A stretch of 64,000 bases of DNA from Oceanispirochaeta sp. (GTDB taxonomy: Bacteria; Spirochaetota; Spirochaetia; DSM-2461), in assembly GCA_963663385.2 (NCBI GenBank), contig CAXXXD010000004.1, positions 1,056,001-1,120,000 on the forward strand, read 5' to 3'. Shown here in pieces: positions 39,801 through 52,781 of the stretch (position 1 is its first letter; each line of letters opens with the position of its first letter). A program made the position numbers and the translations under genes. Under the pieces are notes generated by a model. The model was not told the DNA's origin, did no database searches, and saw only the letters and a list, made by a program, of their open reading frames with translations.

Positions 39801-40376
39801 ATGAAAGCAGTTAAAAAATTTTTTGATATGGTTTACTGGGTATTTCTGACAATCTGTAAAATCGGTTTTATTGGAATGATTGTTATTACAACCTGGGTTA
39901 TTATCAACCGCTATTTCATCAAATCACCCATGACATGGGGTGAACCGGTTGTTCTTATGTTTATGGTTTACATGTCACTTATAAGCGCTGCTCTGGCAAT
40001 CCGGAAAGACACTCATATCCGAATGCAGATTATCGACTTCCTGGTTCCGGAAAAAGTTATGCCGGTTATAAGAGCTTTCGGGCAGGTTCTCATGTTCGGT
40101 TTCGGACTTTTTTTATTTATATACGGCAGCAAATTCTTAAACATTGCCAAACGGAATATCATCACTGGAATGTCTATCAAGTCAAGCTGGCTTTTTTTGG
40201 CCGGGCCCGTTTCAGGGGCCGCCATTATGCTGATGGAAATAGAACGTTTTATTAACTTCTGGCACCGTGTAGTTACTGGGCAAAAGCTTGAAATAACCCG
40301 ATGCCAGGAAGAAGAAGCGGAAGCCCTTGTGGAAGATGCAGCAGAAATCATCCAACACTGCGAGGATAATAAATAA
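39801..40376 (+). CDS. dctQ: TRAP transporter small permease
   Basis: Four TM segments, NRYF..WGE, HIRM. Confidence 0.88.
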   Translation: MKAVKKFFDMVYWVFLTICKIGFIGMIVITTWVIINRYFIKSPMTWGEPVVLMFMVYMSLISAALAIRKDTHIRMQIIDFLVPEKVMPVIRAFGQVLMFGFGLFLFIYGSKFLNIAKRNIITGMSIKSSWLFLAGPVSGAAIMLMEIERFINFWHRVVTGQKLEITRCQEEEAEALVEDAAEIIQHCEDNK

Positions 40377-41686
40377 TGGATCATAATACTATAGCCACCC
40401 TCATTCTGGTGGGATCATTTTTTGTCTTTCTGGTTCTGAGAGTCCCTATCGCATTTGCTATTGGTGTCTCCAGTATTGTGACAACTATCTATCTGGGACT
40501 TCCTATCATGCAGATAGCCCAGCTCATGGTAAAAGGTGTGAATGTCTACACCCTTATGGCTGTTCCGTTTTTTATTATTGCAGGAGAGCTTATGGGGGCC
40601 GGGGGAATCTCAAACCGCCTTATTAAACTCTCCAATGCCATCATAGGATGGATGCGCGGAGGTCTTGCCACGGTAAATGTTATGGCTTCCATGTTTTTCG
40701 GAGGAATCTCCGGATCTTCCACTGCAGACACCGCGTCCCTGGGAACAATTTTGATTCCCATGATGGCCAAAGAAGGGTACGACAAGGAATTCGCCACTAA
40801 TATTACTATGGCCAGTTCCGTTCAGGGGCTGCTTATTCCTCCCAGCCATAATATGGTCATGTATGCCATGGTTGCAGGAGGTGTTTCTGTAGGCCGTCTG
40901 TTCCTGGGGGGGATTATTCCCGGAGTTTTCCTTGGTATTGCCTTGATGGTGTTCAGCTATATCGAAGCTGTCCGTCATAAATACCCCAAAGGTGATCCTT
41001 TCAATTTCAGGACACTGGTCAAAACTCTGGGAGACTCCATATGGGGACTGATCACTGTTCTGATCGTTGTTGTCGGTGTTGTCAGCGGTGTCTTTACCGC
41101 TACCGAGTCTGCGGCGATTGCCGTTGTCTGGGCGATCCTTGTGGGAATCATCGTCTACAAGGAACTCACGCCGGTTAAAATCTGGCATTTGATGGAACGG
41201 TCCCTTAATACTCTGGCTATTGTTATGATCCTGATTTCCACCTCCCAGGTATTCGGATGGCTGCTGACCTATCTCCACATGCCGGAGCTGGTCGCCAACG
41301 GGATTCTCAGTTTTACACAGAACAGGATTGTTATAATGATCATTCTAAATATTGTTATGCTCGTTTTGGGAACCATTATGGATATGTCTGCCATTATTCT
41401 TGTTGCCACTCCGATTCTCCTGCCGATTGCCTGTACAATAGGGATGGACCCGGTACATTTCGGCGTGGTTATGATTCTGAACCTTGGTATCGGACTGATT
41501 ACCCCTCCGGTGGGTGGGACTCTCTTTGTGGGATCTGCTGTTTCGGGTGTGCCCATTGAGAAGCTCGTAAAAAAGCTGCTGCCTTTCTTTATGATTATGA
41601 TTGCAGTACTTCTGATCATATCCTATGCGCCGGATATTGTGATGTTCCTTCCGGATAAACTGATGCCCCTTGCTGCAGGAAACTGA
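40376..41686 (+). CDS. dctM: TRAP transporter large permease
   Basis: GGISGSSTAD, LIPPSH, ITPPVG. Confidence 0.92.
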   Translation: MDHNTIATLILVGSFFVFLVLRVPIAFAIGVSSIVTTIYLGLPIMQIAQLMVKGVNVYTLMAVPFFIIAGELMGAGGISNRLIKLSNAIIGWMRGGLATVNVMASMFFGGISGSSTADTASLGTILIPMMAKEGYDKEFATNITMASSVQGLLIPPSHNMVMYAMVAGGVSVGRLFLGGIIPGVFLGIALMVFSYIEAVRHKYPKGDPFNFRTLVKTLGDSIWGLITVLIVVVGVVSGVFTATESAAIAVVWAILVGIIVYKELTPVKIWHLMERSLNTLAIVMILISTSQVFGWLLTYLHMPELVANGILSFTQNRIVIMIILNIVMLVLGTIMDMSAIILVATPILLPIACTIGMDPVHFGVVMILNLGIGLITPPVGGTLFVGSAVSGVPIEKLVKKLLPFFMIMIAVLLIISYAPDIVMFLPDKLMPLAAGN

Positions 41687-41714
41687 TTGTGAACATTTTT
41701 TATGGGGATTGCCT

Positions 41715-42482
41715 ATGACTCCTGCAGAAACTCTCATGGACGCCTTATCCTCTTTTCCTGTTGTGCAGAATCCCCGGGGAGCTGTCATTATCTGTCCTGG
41801 CGGAGGATACGAGATGCTGGCAGACAGAGAGGCCGAACCGGTCGCAGCGGCATTTGCCGACAGCGGCTGGCAGCCCTTTGTGCTCCGGTATCCCATAAAA
41901 GAAGAATCCGGATCTGCTCCGCTTTTATCAGGGCCTCTAAAGTCGCTGGGCCGGGCTGTTTCCATAGTGAGGAGAAAAGATTTTTCCTCTGTGGTTCTCT
42001 GTGGTTTTTCTGCGGGGGGACATCTGGCTGCTTCCCTGGGGGTGCATTGGCCGGACCTGGTCGATCAGTTCGGTGACTGTCGTCCGGATGCTCTCATCCT
42101 CAGTTATCCTGTGATCTCCATGAAAAGCCACTTTCATGAGGGCTCTATGCTGAATCTGACAGGGGCTGACCCGGAATGGCGGGATTACTTCTCTCTGGAA
42201 AATCAGGCTGGTCCGGACTCGGTTCCCGCTTTTCTCTGGCATACCTGTGATGACAGGGATGTCCCGGTGGAAAACTCCCTGATGTTCTTTTCCGCTCTCA
42301 GATCAGCAGGCGTTACCAGTGAACTGCATATTTTCCCCAGGGGCGAGCATGGCCTGTCTCTGGCTACGCCAGAGGTGGACCAACCGGAAAAGAACCGCTA
42401 TGCGGATTCTCATGTGGCGAAGTGGTTTTCTCTCTCTATCGGATGGCTTGAGGAAATTCTGGGAACTCCTGCAGGTCAGTGA
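41715..42482 (+). CDS. Alpha/beta hydrolase (carbohydrate esterase-like)
   Basis: CPGGGY, GFSAGGHLA, D..VPVENS, GEHG catalytic triad. Confidence 0.85.
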   Translation: MTPAETLMDALSSFPVVQNPRGAVIICPGGGYEMLADREAEPVAAAFADSGWQPFVLRYPIKEESGSAPLLSGPLKSLGRAVSIVRRKDFSSVVLCGFSAGGHLAASLGVHWPDLVDQFGDCRPDALILSYPVISMKSHFHEGSMLNLTGADPEWRDYFSLENQAGPDSVPAFLWHTCDDRDVPVENSLMFFSALRSAGVTSELHIFPRGEHGLSLATPEVDQPEKNRYADSHVAKWFSLSIGWLEEILGTPAGQ

Positions 42483-42511
42483 TTAAATACAAGAAACTTA
42501 TGGATTAAAAA

Positions 42512-43639
42512 ATGAAAGATGAATTCAATACAACATTAGCGGACTCTCAGGGTACATCTGTTACTCCTCTTGCTGCAGAAGATTTTAACCTGGAAGCATT
42601 TGCCGATTACGAAGCGTCGCTTCTGGATGGGTGTGGAAAATTCTGGCAGGCAGAAGACGGCGTAGCCGTTTACCGGAGGGTCAGAGTTCCCGAAGTATTT
42701 TCATGGGCATGCCGGGATAGAAAAACTTCTCTGGAACTTCAGCTGGCGGGGTTGAAGAAAAGTATGGCATACAAAGCGGATATTCCCAATTTTCTGGAAC
42801 CCTGGTACGGGATCGGAGTTGTCTCCAGTGCCTTCGGGGTCCCCTATATCTGGAAAGACGGGCAGGCTCCGGCTGTGGAAGGGCCTTATAAAACCGCTAG
42901 AGAAGCCATTAATTGCTGCAGGACCTCTGTGAAAGAGAGTCCCGAGGGGAAACGGGTTCTGGAGATGATTGAGTACTTTCTGGATCAGACCGGAGGGAAA
43001 ATCCCTCTCAGCCCGGGAGATACTCAATCTCCTCTCAATATTGTTTCCTCCTATCTGATGGACTCCTCAGCCTTTATGTTTGAGATTTTTGATCATCCCG
43101 ATGATCTGAAAGAACTGATTGATACTGTTGCGGAACTGGAAAAGGATTTTCTGGATGAACAGATCAAACTGATTGGTGATGCGCTGGTTAAACCGGGGCA
43201 TGGATTTGCCTCCTGCCGGTCTTTTGAAGGGATCGGGTTCAGTGATGACAATATTCTTATGTTCAGTGATGATGACTACAGCCATCTTGGTATTCCATCC
43301 ATGACGGCGGCCTCCGGATCTTTCGAAGGATCTGTATTTCATTCCTGCGGAGACTGGTCTCCGAGAGCTGATCTGGTTAAATCCATTCCTTCTCTGCTTA
43401 TGGCTGACGGGGCTGTGGGAAATCAGACCGATCCCTCGCCCAATGATCCGGAAACTCTGGGAAAAGCCTTTGCCCGTTCCGGTAAGGTTCTGCATGTGAG
43501 AATTGTCGGCTCTGCCGAAACGGTGCTCGAATATTACGGAAGATTGAAACGGGAAGGGCTGAAATGTATTGTTACAACCTATTGCGAGACTCCGCCAGAT
43601 CAGGAAAAAGTGTACAGAGGGATTCATGAGTCTGCCTGA
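42512..43639 (+). CDS. Uroporphyrinogen decarboxylase/MtaA-like fold protein
   Basis: DTQSPLNI, FDHPDDLKEL, SDD, FHSCG metal-binding motif. Confidence 0.7.
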   Translation: MKDEFNTTLADSQGTSVTPLAAEDFNLEAFADYEASLLDGCGKFWQAEDGVAVYRRVRVPEVFSWACRDRKTSLELQLAGLKKSMAYKADIPNFLEPWYGIGVVSSAFGVPYIWKDGQAPAVEGPYKTAREAINCCRTSVKESPEGKRVLEMIEYFLDQTGGKIPLSPGDTQSPLNIVSSYLMDSSAFMFEIFDHPDDLKELIDTVAELEKDFLDEQIKLIGDALVKPGHGFASCRSFEGIGFSDDNILMFSDDDYSHLGIPSMTAASGSFEGSVFHSCGDWSPRADLVKSIPSLLMADGAVGNQTDPSPNDPETLGKAFARSGKVLHVRIVGSAETVLEYYGRLKREGLKCIVTTYCETPPDQEKVYRGIHESA

Positions 43640-43700
43640 CAGGACCCTCTGTTTCATTGATCAGGAAGTATAATTTGAAACTGAAATAAGGAACAGGTCT

Positions 43701-44741
43701 ATGAAATATGATATAACATTCCATCCCTCCTGGTGGAATCAGAAGCTGGGAATCAGGTTTACAGAAAAATTCTTTGATGATCCGGAATATAGAATCGCTT
43801 CGGATGTGAAAATGCGCCGGTTTCTTTTTGAGAAATTCGGAGAATGGGGAATCGGGGAGGAACATCCCGAACCCAGACCCCTCCTGGGGAGTGATCTCAT
43901 TGCCAGCGGTTATCTCTATTCCGGAATCCTGGGTTGTGACATTCGTTTCAGTGAGGAGGCTCCCCCGGAAGTGATCTGCGCTGCCCTGTCAGAAAAGGAT
44001 GCTTTGGATTTTGCTGCCCCCTCCCTGGAAAGCAGTCCCGACTGGCAGATTGTGGAAAAGCAGATCGCATGGCTTCAGAAAGAGTACGGATACGTCCATT
44101 CTGCGATTAATCTGCAGGGTATACTGAATCTTGCCCTGGATATCAGGGGAGATTCCATCTTTATTGATATGTATCAGAATGAAAAGGGCGCCAGAAATCT
44201 TTTTGACCAGTGTTTTAACCTTTCTGTACAGGTGGGAAGAAGGCTGTCCGAGGTCTCAGACTACTTGTCCGGAGGCGTTACGGCCATTACCAATTTTCTG
44301 GATATTTCAAAACTCTATGTTCATTCAAACTGCTCCGTGGAAATGATCTCTCTGGACAGCTACCGGGAATTCCTTCTGGAATATGACAAAAAGCTTTCCG
44401 GAATTTTTCAGCCATACGGGATTCACCACTGCGGTCAGTCCATGGAACATGTGGCAGAAGGTTATGCGGAAATTCCAGATCTGGTTTTTGCCGAAGTGGG
44501 TGCCGGATCGGATATTGCCAAGGTTAGAAATGTACTGTCCGGCTGCCGGCTGAATTTGCGCTATTCTCCAGTGAAATTGGCAGATGTGAATGAAGAGGTG
44601 TTGAGGGAAGACCTTTGCAGGATGGTTAAGGACGCCGGAGGAGGGGATCCCTCTGTATCTGTTTCCTGTGTGGGAATTGACAAATCTGTTCCGGATTCTC
44701 ATATTGTAAAATTTCTGGAGATACTCAAGGATCAAGTGTAG
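43701..44741 (+). CDS. Uroporphyrinogen decarboxylase/MtaA-like fold protein
   Basis: LQGILNLALDIRG, NCS.EMIS, IHHCG, SCVG. Confidence 0.65.
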   Translation: MKYDITFHPSWWNQKLGIRFTEKFFDDPEYRIASDVKMRRFLFEKFGEWGIGEEHPEPRPLLGSDLIASGYLYSGILGCDIRFSEEAPPEVICAALSEKDALDFAAPSLESSPDWQIVEKQIAWLQKEYGYVHSAINLQGILNLALDIRGDSIFIDMYQNEKGARNLFDQCFNLSVQVGRRLSEVSDYLSGGVTAITNFLDISKLYVHSNCSVEMISLDSYREFLLEYDKKLSGIFQPYGIHHCGQSMEHVAEGYAEIPDLVFAEVGAGSDIAKVRNVLSGCRLNLRYSPVKLADVNEEVLREDLCRMVKDAGGGDPSVSVSCVGIDKSVPDSHIVKFLEILKDQV

Positions 44742-44793
44742 TCAGCTCAACCATTTTATTCTAAAGAATGGTTTGCATCTCTGCTGTCAATTG

Positions 44794-45912
44794 TCATTGA
44801 ACCAGGCGGTTCAACACCATCAGGCTGTTTCCGGAATAACCGGGGAATGGCCGGGGATGGAGTATTCGGATTTTATCCATAATATAGTCCCTTTTTTCCC
44901 TGTTGAGGATCACTTTCCGAAGGGATGTTCCCGGAATCTCATCATAGTGATAACCGATCGGTGCTGTTGAGGGAGAGAGTCTTTGCCTGTCGTACCAGTA
45001 AACCAGCTGTATTTCCTCTTCATGTATCTCTATAGCGGTAATTCCCCGTTTTCCTATGGCGCAGCCGGAATTGAAAAGACAGGGCAGCAGTTCGTCCGAG
45101 CTGTACAGCTCGCTGATATGAAACTCGCTTTTATGCTTCATTTCCCGCAGCTCTTCCTGGTATTGAAAAATCTCCTTTCTTATCCTGAGCTGTTCCGGAG
45201 AGCCGGCTTCCCTATAGCGGCGGACCAGATCCTCTATTCTGTATTTCAGGCTGTCCCGTTTTGAATGGGACTCAAACAGGGGCCTGTGGGTATGACCGAT
45301 TATGGAGATCAGTCCCAGCTCACGGGAAGCTTCATAGGCTTTTACTTCCGTTTTGATTTTCTTTCTGCTGTCAGGCGACTTGGAAAAATTCATAATGCCC
45401 AGGGGGTAGGCAATAAACTGCAATGTAAGCTTGCAGAGGGTTTCAAATCGCTGCAGGAGCTCTGAAAACTGATGGCCGTGATAAACAAGAATCGAGTCCT
45501 GATCCTTATGCAGTTCCAGGCTTTCATATATGGGAAAGGGATAATCGAAATTGGGATTTGAAAGAATCAGATCGTGATTTCCGACAGTTTTATGAAGCCT
45601 TCCTGAATTCTGAAACTGTTCAAAGACGGAATAGAGGTCTTTCCACTGTTTCCATATCTGTTCCCAGCGAAATTTATGAAGTTCTTCAATATCTCCATTA
45701 AGGATAAGGTCATAGTTCCGGGGCAGGTAGTAATCTGTCAGAATCTTCTGAAACCAGATGCCGTTTTCGGCAAAATCATCCCTGGATCCCCCGTTGCCCA
45801 TATGCAGATCACTGAAGATCACAAATCTTTTATCAGAAAGGGGGATTCTTAAGGCTTTCTCTCTGGTTTCCTGTAACAGAGATACACTGTGTATCCGGGG
45901 ATTATATTCCAT
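44794..45912 (-). CDS. Metallophosphoesterase (LpxH/PlcP-like calcineurin fold)
   Basis: SDLH, NGDIEE, GNHD, HGH, GHTH, NSG. Confidence 0.85.
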   Translation of the reverse strand: MEYNPRIHSVSLLQETREKALRIPLSDKRFVIFSDLHMGNGGSRDDFAENGIWFQKILTDYYLPRNYDLILNGDIEELHKFRWEQIWKQWKDLYSVFEQFQNSGRLHKTVGNHDLILSNPNFDYPFPIYESLELHKDQDSILVYHGHQFSELLQRFETLCKLTLQFIAYPLGIMNFSKSPDSRKKIKTEVKAYEASRELGLISIIGHTHRPLFESHSKRDSLKYRIEDLVRRYREAGSPEQLRIRKEIFQYQEELREMKHKSEFHISELYSSDELLPCLFNSGCAIGKRGITAIEIHEEEIQLVYWYDRQRLSPSTAPIGYHYDEIPGTSLRKVILNREKRDYIMDKIRILHPRPFPGYSGNSLMVLNRLVQ

Positions 45913-46006
45913 ATATCATTCAGTCTAGGGGCTGCTTCATTGGCTAGTCATGAAAAAAGTGTTAGGAATCGGCTAAAATACCGATTCCCTTATTACCCGG
46001 CCTCAA

Positions 46007-47089
46007 TCAGGCCGTCAATTCTCTGATCTTCCTGATCCGTTCAGGAATATAGTTGAAAAAACTGCAGCTGACGCGGGGCGATAATTTTTTCCCGGATGTT
46101 TCGGTTGTAAAAAAATACCGAATGATTGACGCGGTTTTTTCCGTGTCGTCACCGGTTCGGAATGTATGAAAAGGATCGGCTTTAAAGGGGAACCGGGGGA
46201 GATCCTCCAGAAAGGCGGTCAGGTCCTCTCGCAGCCTTTTCATTTCTGTCTGGCGCCCCCAGCCGCTGGCTTTCAGCATCCGGGCATTGAGCCTCTGTTC
46301 ATACTGCCCCTGCTGGGGAATGGCCAGAACCGGTTTTTTGAGAAACAGGGCTTCCGACAGGAGCTGGTGTCCCGCCGGGGCAAGAACTCCGGCGCATCCG
46401 GCTAAAGATGTCACAAAGTCTTTATCGGGACCGGGAAAGATATGAAACTCCCTGTCCGGATAATCTCCCAGTATTTCCCTTATCTCATCGGCGGAGGATT
46501 TTTTAACATAAACCAGAATATAGTCTCCCTTTTCGGGGACAGCCTGTCGAACCTCTTTTCTTAGAATAGGGCCGACATCTCCATCATAAAAAGAACAGAT
46601 CAGGTTTTTCTGCGCCGGAGGAGTCATGAAGGACGCTACAGCTTTTGCGCTGACAGCGTCGGGAAGAATCGAGAATGAACGGCGGACAACCGCCGGATGG
46701 TTCAGATTGATCAGGGGAATTTCAGCCTTGGCAGAGGCGACTGCCGTAAAGGGCTCAAAATCGCTGATCACTCCCTGAATATCATTATCTTTCATTTCCC
46801 GGGCCATTTGATCGGTAATTTTATTGAATCGGCCGATGAGGGGCATATTCATGACTATAGTTCCCCAGTAATCCACTCTATGCTTTTGAAGAGAGAAGTG
46901 GAGTCCCGGAATGGTACTGATTCGGATATCCTGACACTTCTCATACAGAAATGATTGTATGGATTCAGGGCTCCAAACGGTTATATCCAGATCTTGCCTC
47001 AGTTCCGGCCAGAGAGCGGCCGTTCGGGCGGCATGCCCCCGTCCTTCCCCATTGCATCCATAGATAATTTTCATCTTTTTATTCACCAT
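46007..47089 (-). CDS. GT-B glycosyltransferase (MJ1255/MurG-like)
   Basis: GEGRGHAAR, ISDFEP, AGHQLLSEA, QYEQRLNA. Confidence 0.85.
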   Translation of the reverse strand: MVNKKMKIIYGCNGEGRGHAARTAALWPELRQDLDITVWSPESIQSFLYEKCQDIRISTIPGLHFSLQKHRVDYWGTIVMNMPLIGRFNKITDQMAREMKDNDIQGVISDFEPFTAVASAKAEIPLINLNHPAVVRRSFSILPDAVSAKAVASFMTPPAQKNLICSFYDGDVGPILRKEVRQAVPEKGDYILVYVKKSSADEIREILGDYPDREFHIFPGPDKDFVTSLAGCAGVLAPAGHQLLSEALFLKKPVLAIPQQGQYEQRLNARMLKASGWGRQTEMKRLREDLTAFLEDLPRFPFKADPFHTFRTGDDTEKTASIIRYFFTTETSGKKLSPRVSCSFFNYIPERIRKIRELTA

Positions 47090-47141
47090 ACCCCTTTCTA
47101 CATGGGAGATGTGAAATTTCAATATGAATCGGGTTATATTT

Positions 47142-49181
47142 TTATTTGTTTTCTTCCCTTTCATAAAGTGACTTGAGGGCATTCCATCCCTTTTTGGGGA
47201 TTCTGTAGGCGGAGCAGACTCCTTTCAGGTTGTAATTGGGGATCGGGTTGTCGGGAAACCAGACATTGTAAAAATCACAGAGGACCCAGGGGGATACACC
47301 GCAGATCCAGTTGAAATCCCGGGCCTGGTTCCAGTACTCTTTCAGGATCTGTTCCTGATACTCCTCTGAGTAGGTTCGCTTAAAGTATACTCTTTCGGCT
47401 TTCCAGTATCCGTCAGTCTCCTCTCGGTCGGGAGCCGCTCCGGCTCCGTATTCCGAGAGAATCAGAGGTCTCCCCGGCCAGCGGAGACGGATTTTTTCCA
47501 GATAACGTTTCAAATCCTCCGGTTTTCCATAGTACCAGCCGTAATAACTGTTTACCGAGAGAATATCTGCTCCTTCCCAACCTCTCTTTCTTTTATCCAG
47601 CATATCCATCCGGTAGGTCACTTCTACGACGGAAACCGGCCTGGAGGGGTCGTATTCACGGGCCACCTCTTTCAGCCAGCGGAAAATCCGGCCGCTCCGG
47701 CGCCCCAGGGTGTAGTTTTCATTTCCCAGACTCCAGAAAAGCAGAGAGGGCCTGTGCCGGTCCCTTTCTATCATTTCGATCAGCTGTCTGCGTGCATTGA
47801 GCAGGAGTTTCCTTCGGCTCAGATGCCGGATTCCTGCCAGGGTTAAGGGAAACTCACAGAGGGGCCTTCTTTCCTGTAACCATGTAAGAAATCCCATCCC
47901 GCACTGATAAAGGGGCAGTTCCTGGCTGCAGAAAAGCCCTCTCTTCTCTGCGGCAGCCAGGAACTTCCTGTCATGAGGGTAGTGGGCCAGACGGATGTAA
48001 TTGGCATGCATCCCCTGGATCAGATCAAGGTCCTCCCGGATCAGGGACGGGCTCTCCGTCGCTCCCAGCCGGGGATGATCTTCATGGCGGCTGATCCCTT
48101 TCAGGAACAGCTTCTGATCGTTCAGTTTCAGCGATTCCGGAGACACTTCCAATGTTCGGATTCCCAGATCAAGGTTCACCCTGTCTCCATGAAAACAGGT
48201 TTCCAGGGTATAATACCGGAGATTCTCCGGACTCCAGAGGCAGGGATTTTTCAACCGGAAGGTGAAGGTATGGCTTTGCATCTTTGTTTCCGGCCATTTC
48301 CGATCCTTCTGCTTTTCCAACAGCCGGCCCCGGACAGGATGATTATCCGGGTTTTTCAGGGTTAGCTGAACTGCAGATTTCTCGCCGCCTCCGCAGGTGA
48401 GGACCGAGATTTTCAACTGCATCTGATTTTTTGTGAGATACTCGTTTTCCGAGAGGATTTTTACAATATAGCTGCGGGATATCTTCTCTATCCGTACGTC
48501 CCTGTATATTCCGCCGTAGGTATGCCATCCCGGGTTATGAGCCTGCATCAATTTCGGAGGAAGAGAGTCCTTTTTCAGTTTGTTGGAGCACCGCACAGCC
48601 AGAAGGTTCTCTGTTTTCAGGTTACCTGACAGGTCAAAAAAGATTCCCGTATACCCTCCGTCAAAGTGACCGAGACTCCTTCCGTTCAGCCATACCTGTC
48701 CCCGGAGAAGAATGCCTTCAAAACAGAGGCGGTAAAAGAATCTGTCTCTATCGGTCAGCTCTTTTTCGGTCAGCTGAAATTCCTTCCAGTACCAGATTGT
48801 GCCGGTGTAATCGGTGAGTCCGCTTTCGGCGGAATTGAAACAGGAGGGAACCTCCTGAACCGTTTTCCTGTTGTCTTTTCTGTACCATTTTTTTCTCATC
48901 CCCTTTTTTCGGGGATCCAGGCGGAACCCCCAGGGACCGTTAAGGTTATAGGCAGACCGATTTGACCGGTCAAATCGGCCGGGATAGGGAAGGGCGCCGA
49001 CCATCAGCCAAGGGACGGAGCCTGTTTTCTGCAGGCTGTGGGGAACCTTGCCCGAGCGGATTTCCCGTGGCAGCCGCTGGAGGGAAAGGATGCGGAGCGG
49101 GATCAGCAGGAGTAGGAGGATTGTCAGCAGGAGTCCCGACAGGGCTATCGGGAACAATATCAATTTTATCAGGATAATCAT
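47142..49181 (-). CDS. GH2 beta-glucuronidase/beta-galactosidase with N-terminal membrane anchor
   Basis: LNGPWGF, YGGIYRDV, KGISRHED, IRLAHYP, WSLGNE, LSEYG, NLKG. Confidence 0.88.
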   Translation of the reverse strand: MIILIKLILFPIALSGLLLTILLLLLIPLRILSLQRLPREIRSGKVPHSLQKTGSVPWLMVGALPYPGRFDRSNRSAYNLNGPWGFRLDPRKKGMRKKWYRKDNRKTVQEVPSCFNSAESGLTDYTGTIWYWKEFQLTEKELTDRDRFFYRLCFEGILLRGQVWLNGRSLGHFDGGYTGIFFDLSGNLKTENLLAVRCSNKLKKDSLPPKLMQAHNPGWHTYGGIYRDVRIEKISRSYIVKILSENEYLTKNQMQLKISVLTCGGGEKSAVQLTLKNPDNHPVRGRLLEKQKDRKWPETKMQSHTFTFRLKNPCLWSPENLRYYTLETCFHGDRVNLDLGIRTLEVSPESLKLNDQKLFLKGISRHEDHPRLGATESPSLIREDLDLIQGMHANYIRLAHYPHDRKFLAAAEKRGLFCSQELPLYQCGMGFLTWLQERRPLCEFPLTLAGIRHLSRRKLLLNARRQLIEMIERDRHRPSLLFWSLGNENYTLGRRSGRIFRWLKEVAREYDPSRPVSVVEVTYRMDMLDKRKRGWEGADILSVNSYYGWYYGKPEDLKRYLEKIRLRWPGRPLILSEYGAGAAPDREETDGYWKAERVYFKRTYSEEYQEQILKEYWNQARDFNWICGVSPWVLCDFYNVWFPDNPIPNYNLKGVCSAYRIPKKGWNALKSLYEREENK

Positions 49182-49199
49182 GATAATCCACAGGAAACT

Positions 49200-50369
49200 T
49201 TAATCCCGAAGGTAGAGATCCCGTGTATAGACTTTCTCTTCCACATCAATCAGATCATTATGGAACCTGTTGGCAACAATCAGATCCGCCTTTTTTTTGA
49301 ATTTCTCCAGATTACGGTAGACCCTGGAGTTAAAAAAACGGTCCTTCTTAAAGACCGGTTCATAAACTATAACCTTAATACCCCTGGCCTTTATCCGTTT
49401 CATGATCCCCTGTACAGAGGAATCTCTGAAATTGTCTGACCCCGATTTCATGGTAAGGCGATAGATCCCAACAGTTTCAGGTTTCATTTTTATAATGGAC
49501 GCGGCAATATGGTCCTTTCTGGTCGTGTTCGCATCCACGATAGCCTGAATAATATTGTTGGGAACATCATTGTAATTGGCCAGCAGCTGTTTTGTATCCT
49601 TGGGAAGACAGTAGCCTCCGTAACCAAAGGAGGGGTTGTTGTAGAAGTCTCCGATACGCGGATCCAGGGCTACTCCCTGAATAATGGATTTGGTATTCAG
49701 TTTATGAACTTCCGCATAGGTATCCAGTTCGTTGAAGTAAGCAACCCTCAATGCCAGATAGGTATTGGAAAAGAGCTTGATAGCCTCCGCTTCGGTGGGA
49801 TCCGTATAAAGGATTTCTATATCCCTCTTCAGTGCTCCGTCTCTTAACAGGGCGGCTATCGTACCGGCCCGTTCCGATTGCTCTCCGATAATTATACGGC
49901 TGGGATAGAGGTTGTCATAGAGAGCCTTTCCCTCTCTCAGGAACTCCGGGGAGAATAAAATTTTTTTAGTTTTAAAACGATTTCGGACTTCTTTGACAAA
50001 CCCTACAGGGATTGTGGATTTGATGATGATAACCGCCTCCGGGTTAATTCTCCTAATATCTTCTATGGCACTTTCCACTGTGCCGGTGTCAAAGGAGTTC
50101 TTTTCCGGATCGTAGTTTGTCGGTGTGCAGACAAATACATACTCCGCTTCCTTATAGGCTTTTTTCTTTTTCTGCGTAACAAACAGATCAAGGTTTTTAT
50201 TGGCCAGGTAATCCTGGATGTCCCTGTCTTCCAGGGGGGATATCCCGTTATTTACAAGGGCGCCTTTCTTCTCATCCGGTTCGTAGGCGATAACCTTGTT
50301 TTTCTGTGACAGGAGGACAGACAGGGACAGTCCGACGTAGCCGATTCCGGCAATAGCGATTTGTGGCAT
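49200..50369 (-). CDS. ugd: UDP-glucose 6-dehydrogenase
   Basis: [31 protein letters not shown]. Confidence 0.95.
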   Translation of the reverse strand: MPQIAIAGIGYVGLSLSVLLSQKNKVIAYEPDEKKGALVNNGISPLEDRDIQDYLANKNLDLFVTQKKKKAYKEAEYVFVCTPTNYDPEKNSFDTGTVESAIEDIRRINPEAVIIIKSTIPVGFVKEVRNRFKTKKILFSPEFLREGKALYDNLYPSRIIIGEQSERAGTIAALLRDGALKRDIEILYTDPTEAEAIKLFSNTYLALRVAYFNELDTYAEVHKLNTKSIIQGVALDPRIGDFYNNPSFGYGGYCLPKDTKQLLANYNDVPNNIIQAIVDANTTRKDHIAASIIKMKPETVGIYRLTMKSGSDNFRDSSVQGIMKRIKARGIKVIVYEPVFKKDRFFNSRVYRNLEKFKKKADLIVANRFHNDLIDVEEKVYTRDLYLRD

Positions 50370-50532
50370 ACCCCCATATTTCTTCACAAATACGAGGATT
50401 TGGTTTCTGTTTGATTAGAATCCGATTTAAGAGTGTTATATTTGCTTTTTCCAGTTAAATCAATAAAAAATTAATAATAAACAATCCTCTGATCAGGCCG
50501 TTTTTTGAAACTTGACAGGTTTGTAATAATAA

Positions 50533-52746
<2,214 letters not shown>

Positions 52747-52781
52747 TTCTCTGAACGGGAAAAGGAGTGCGGGATGGTTAA

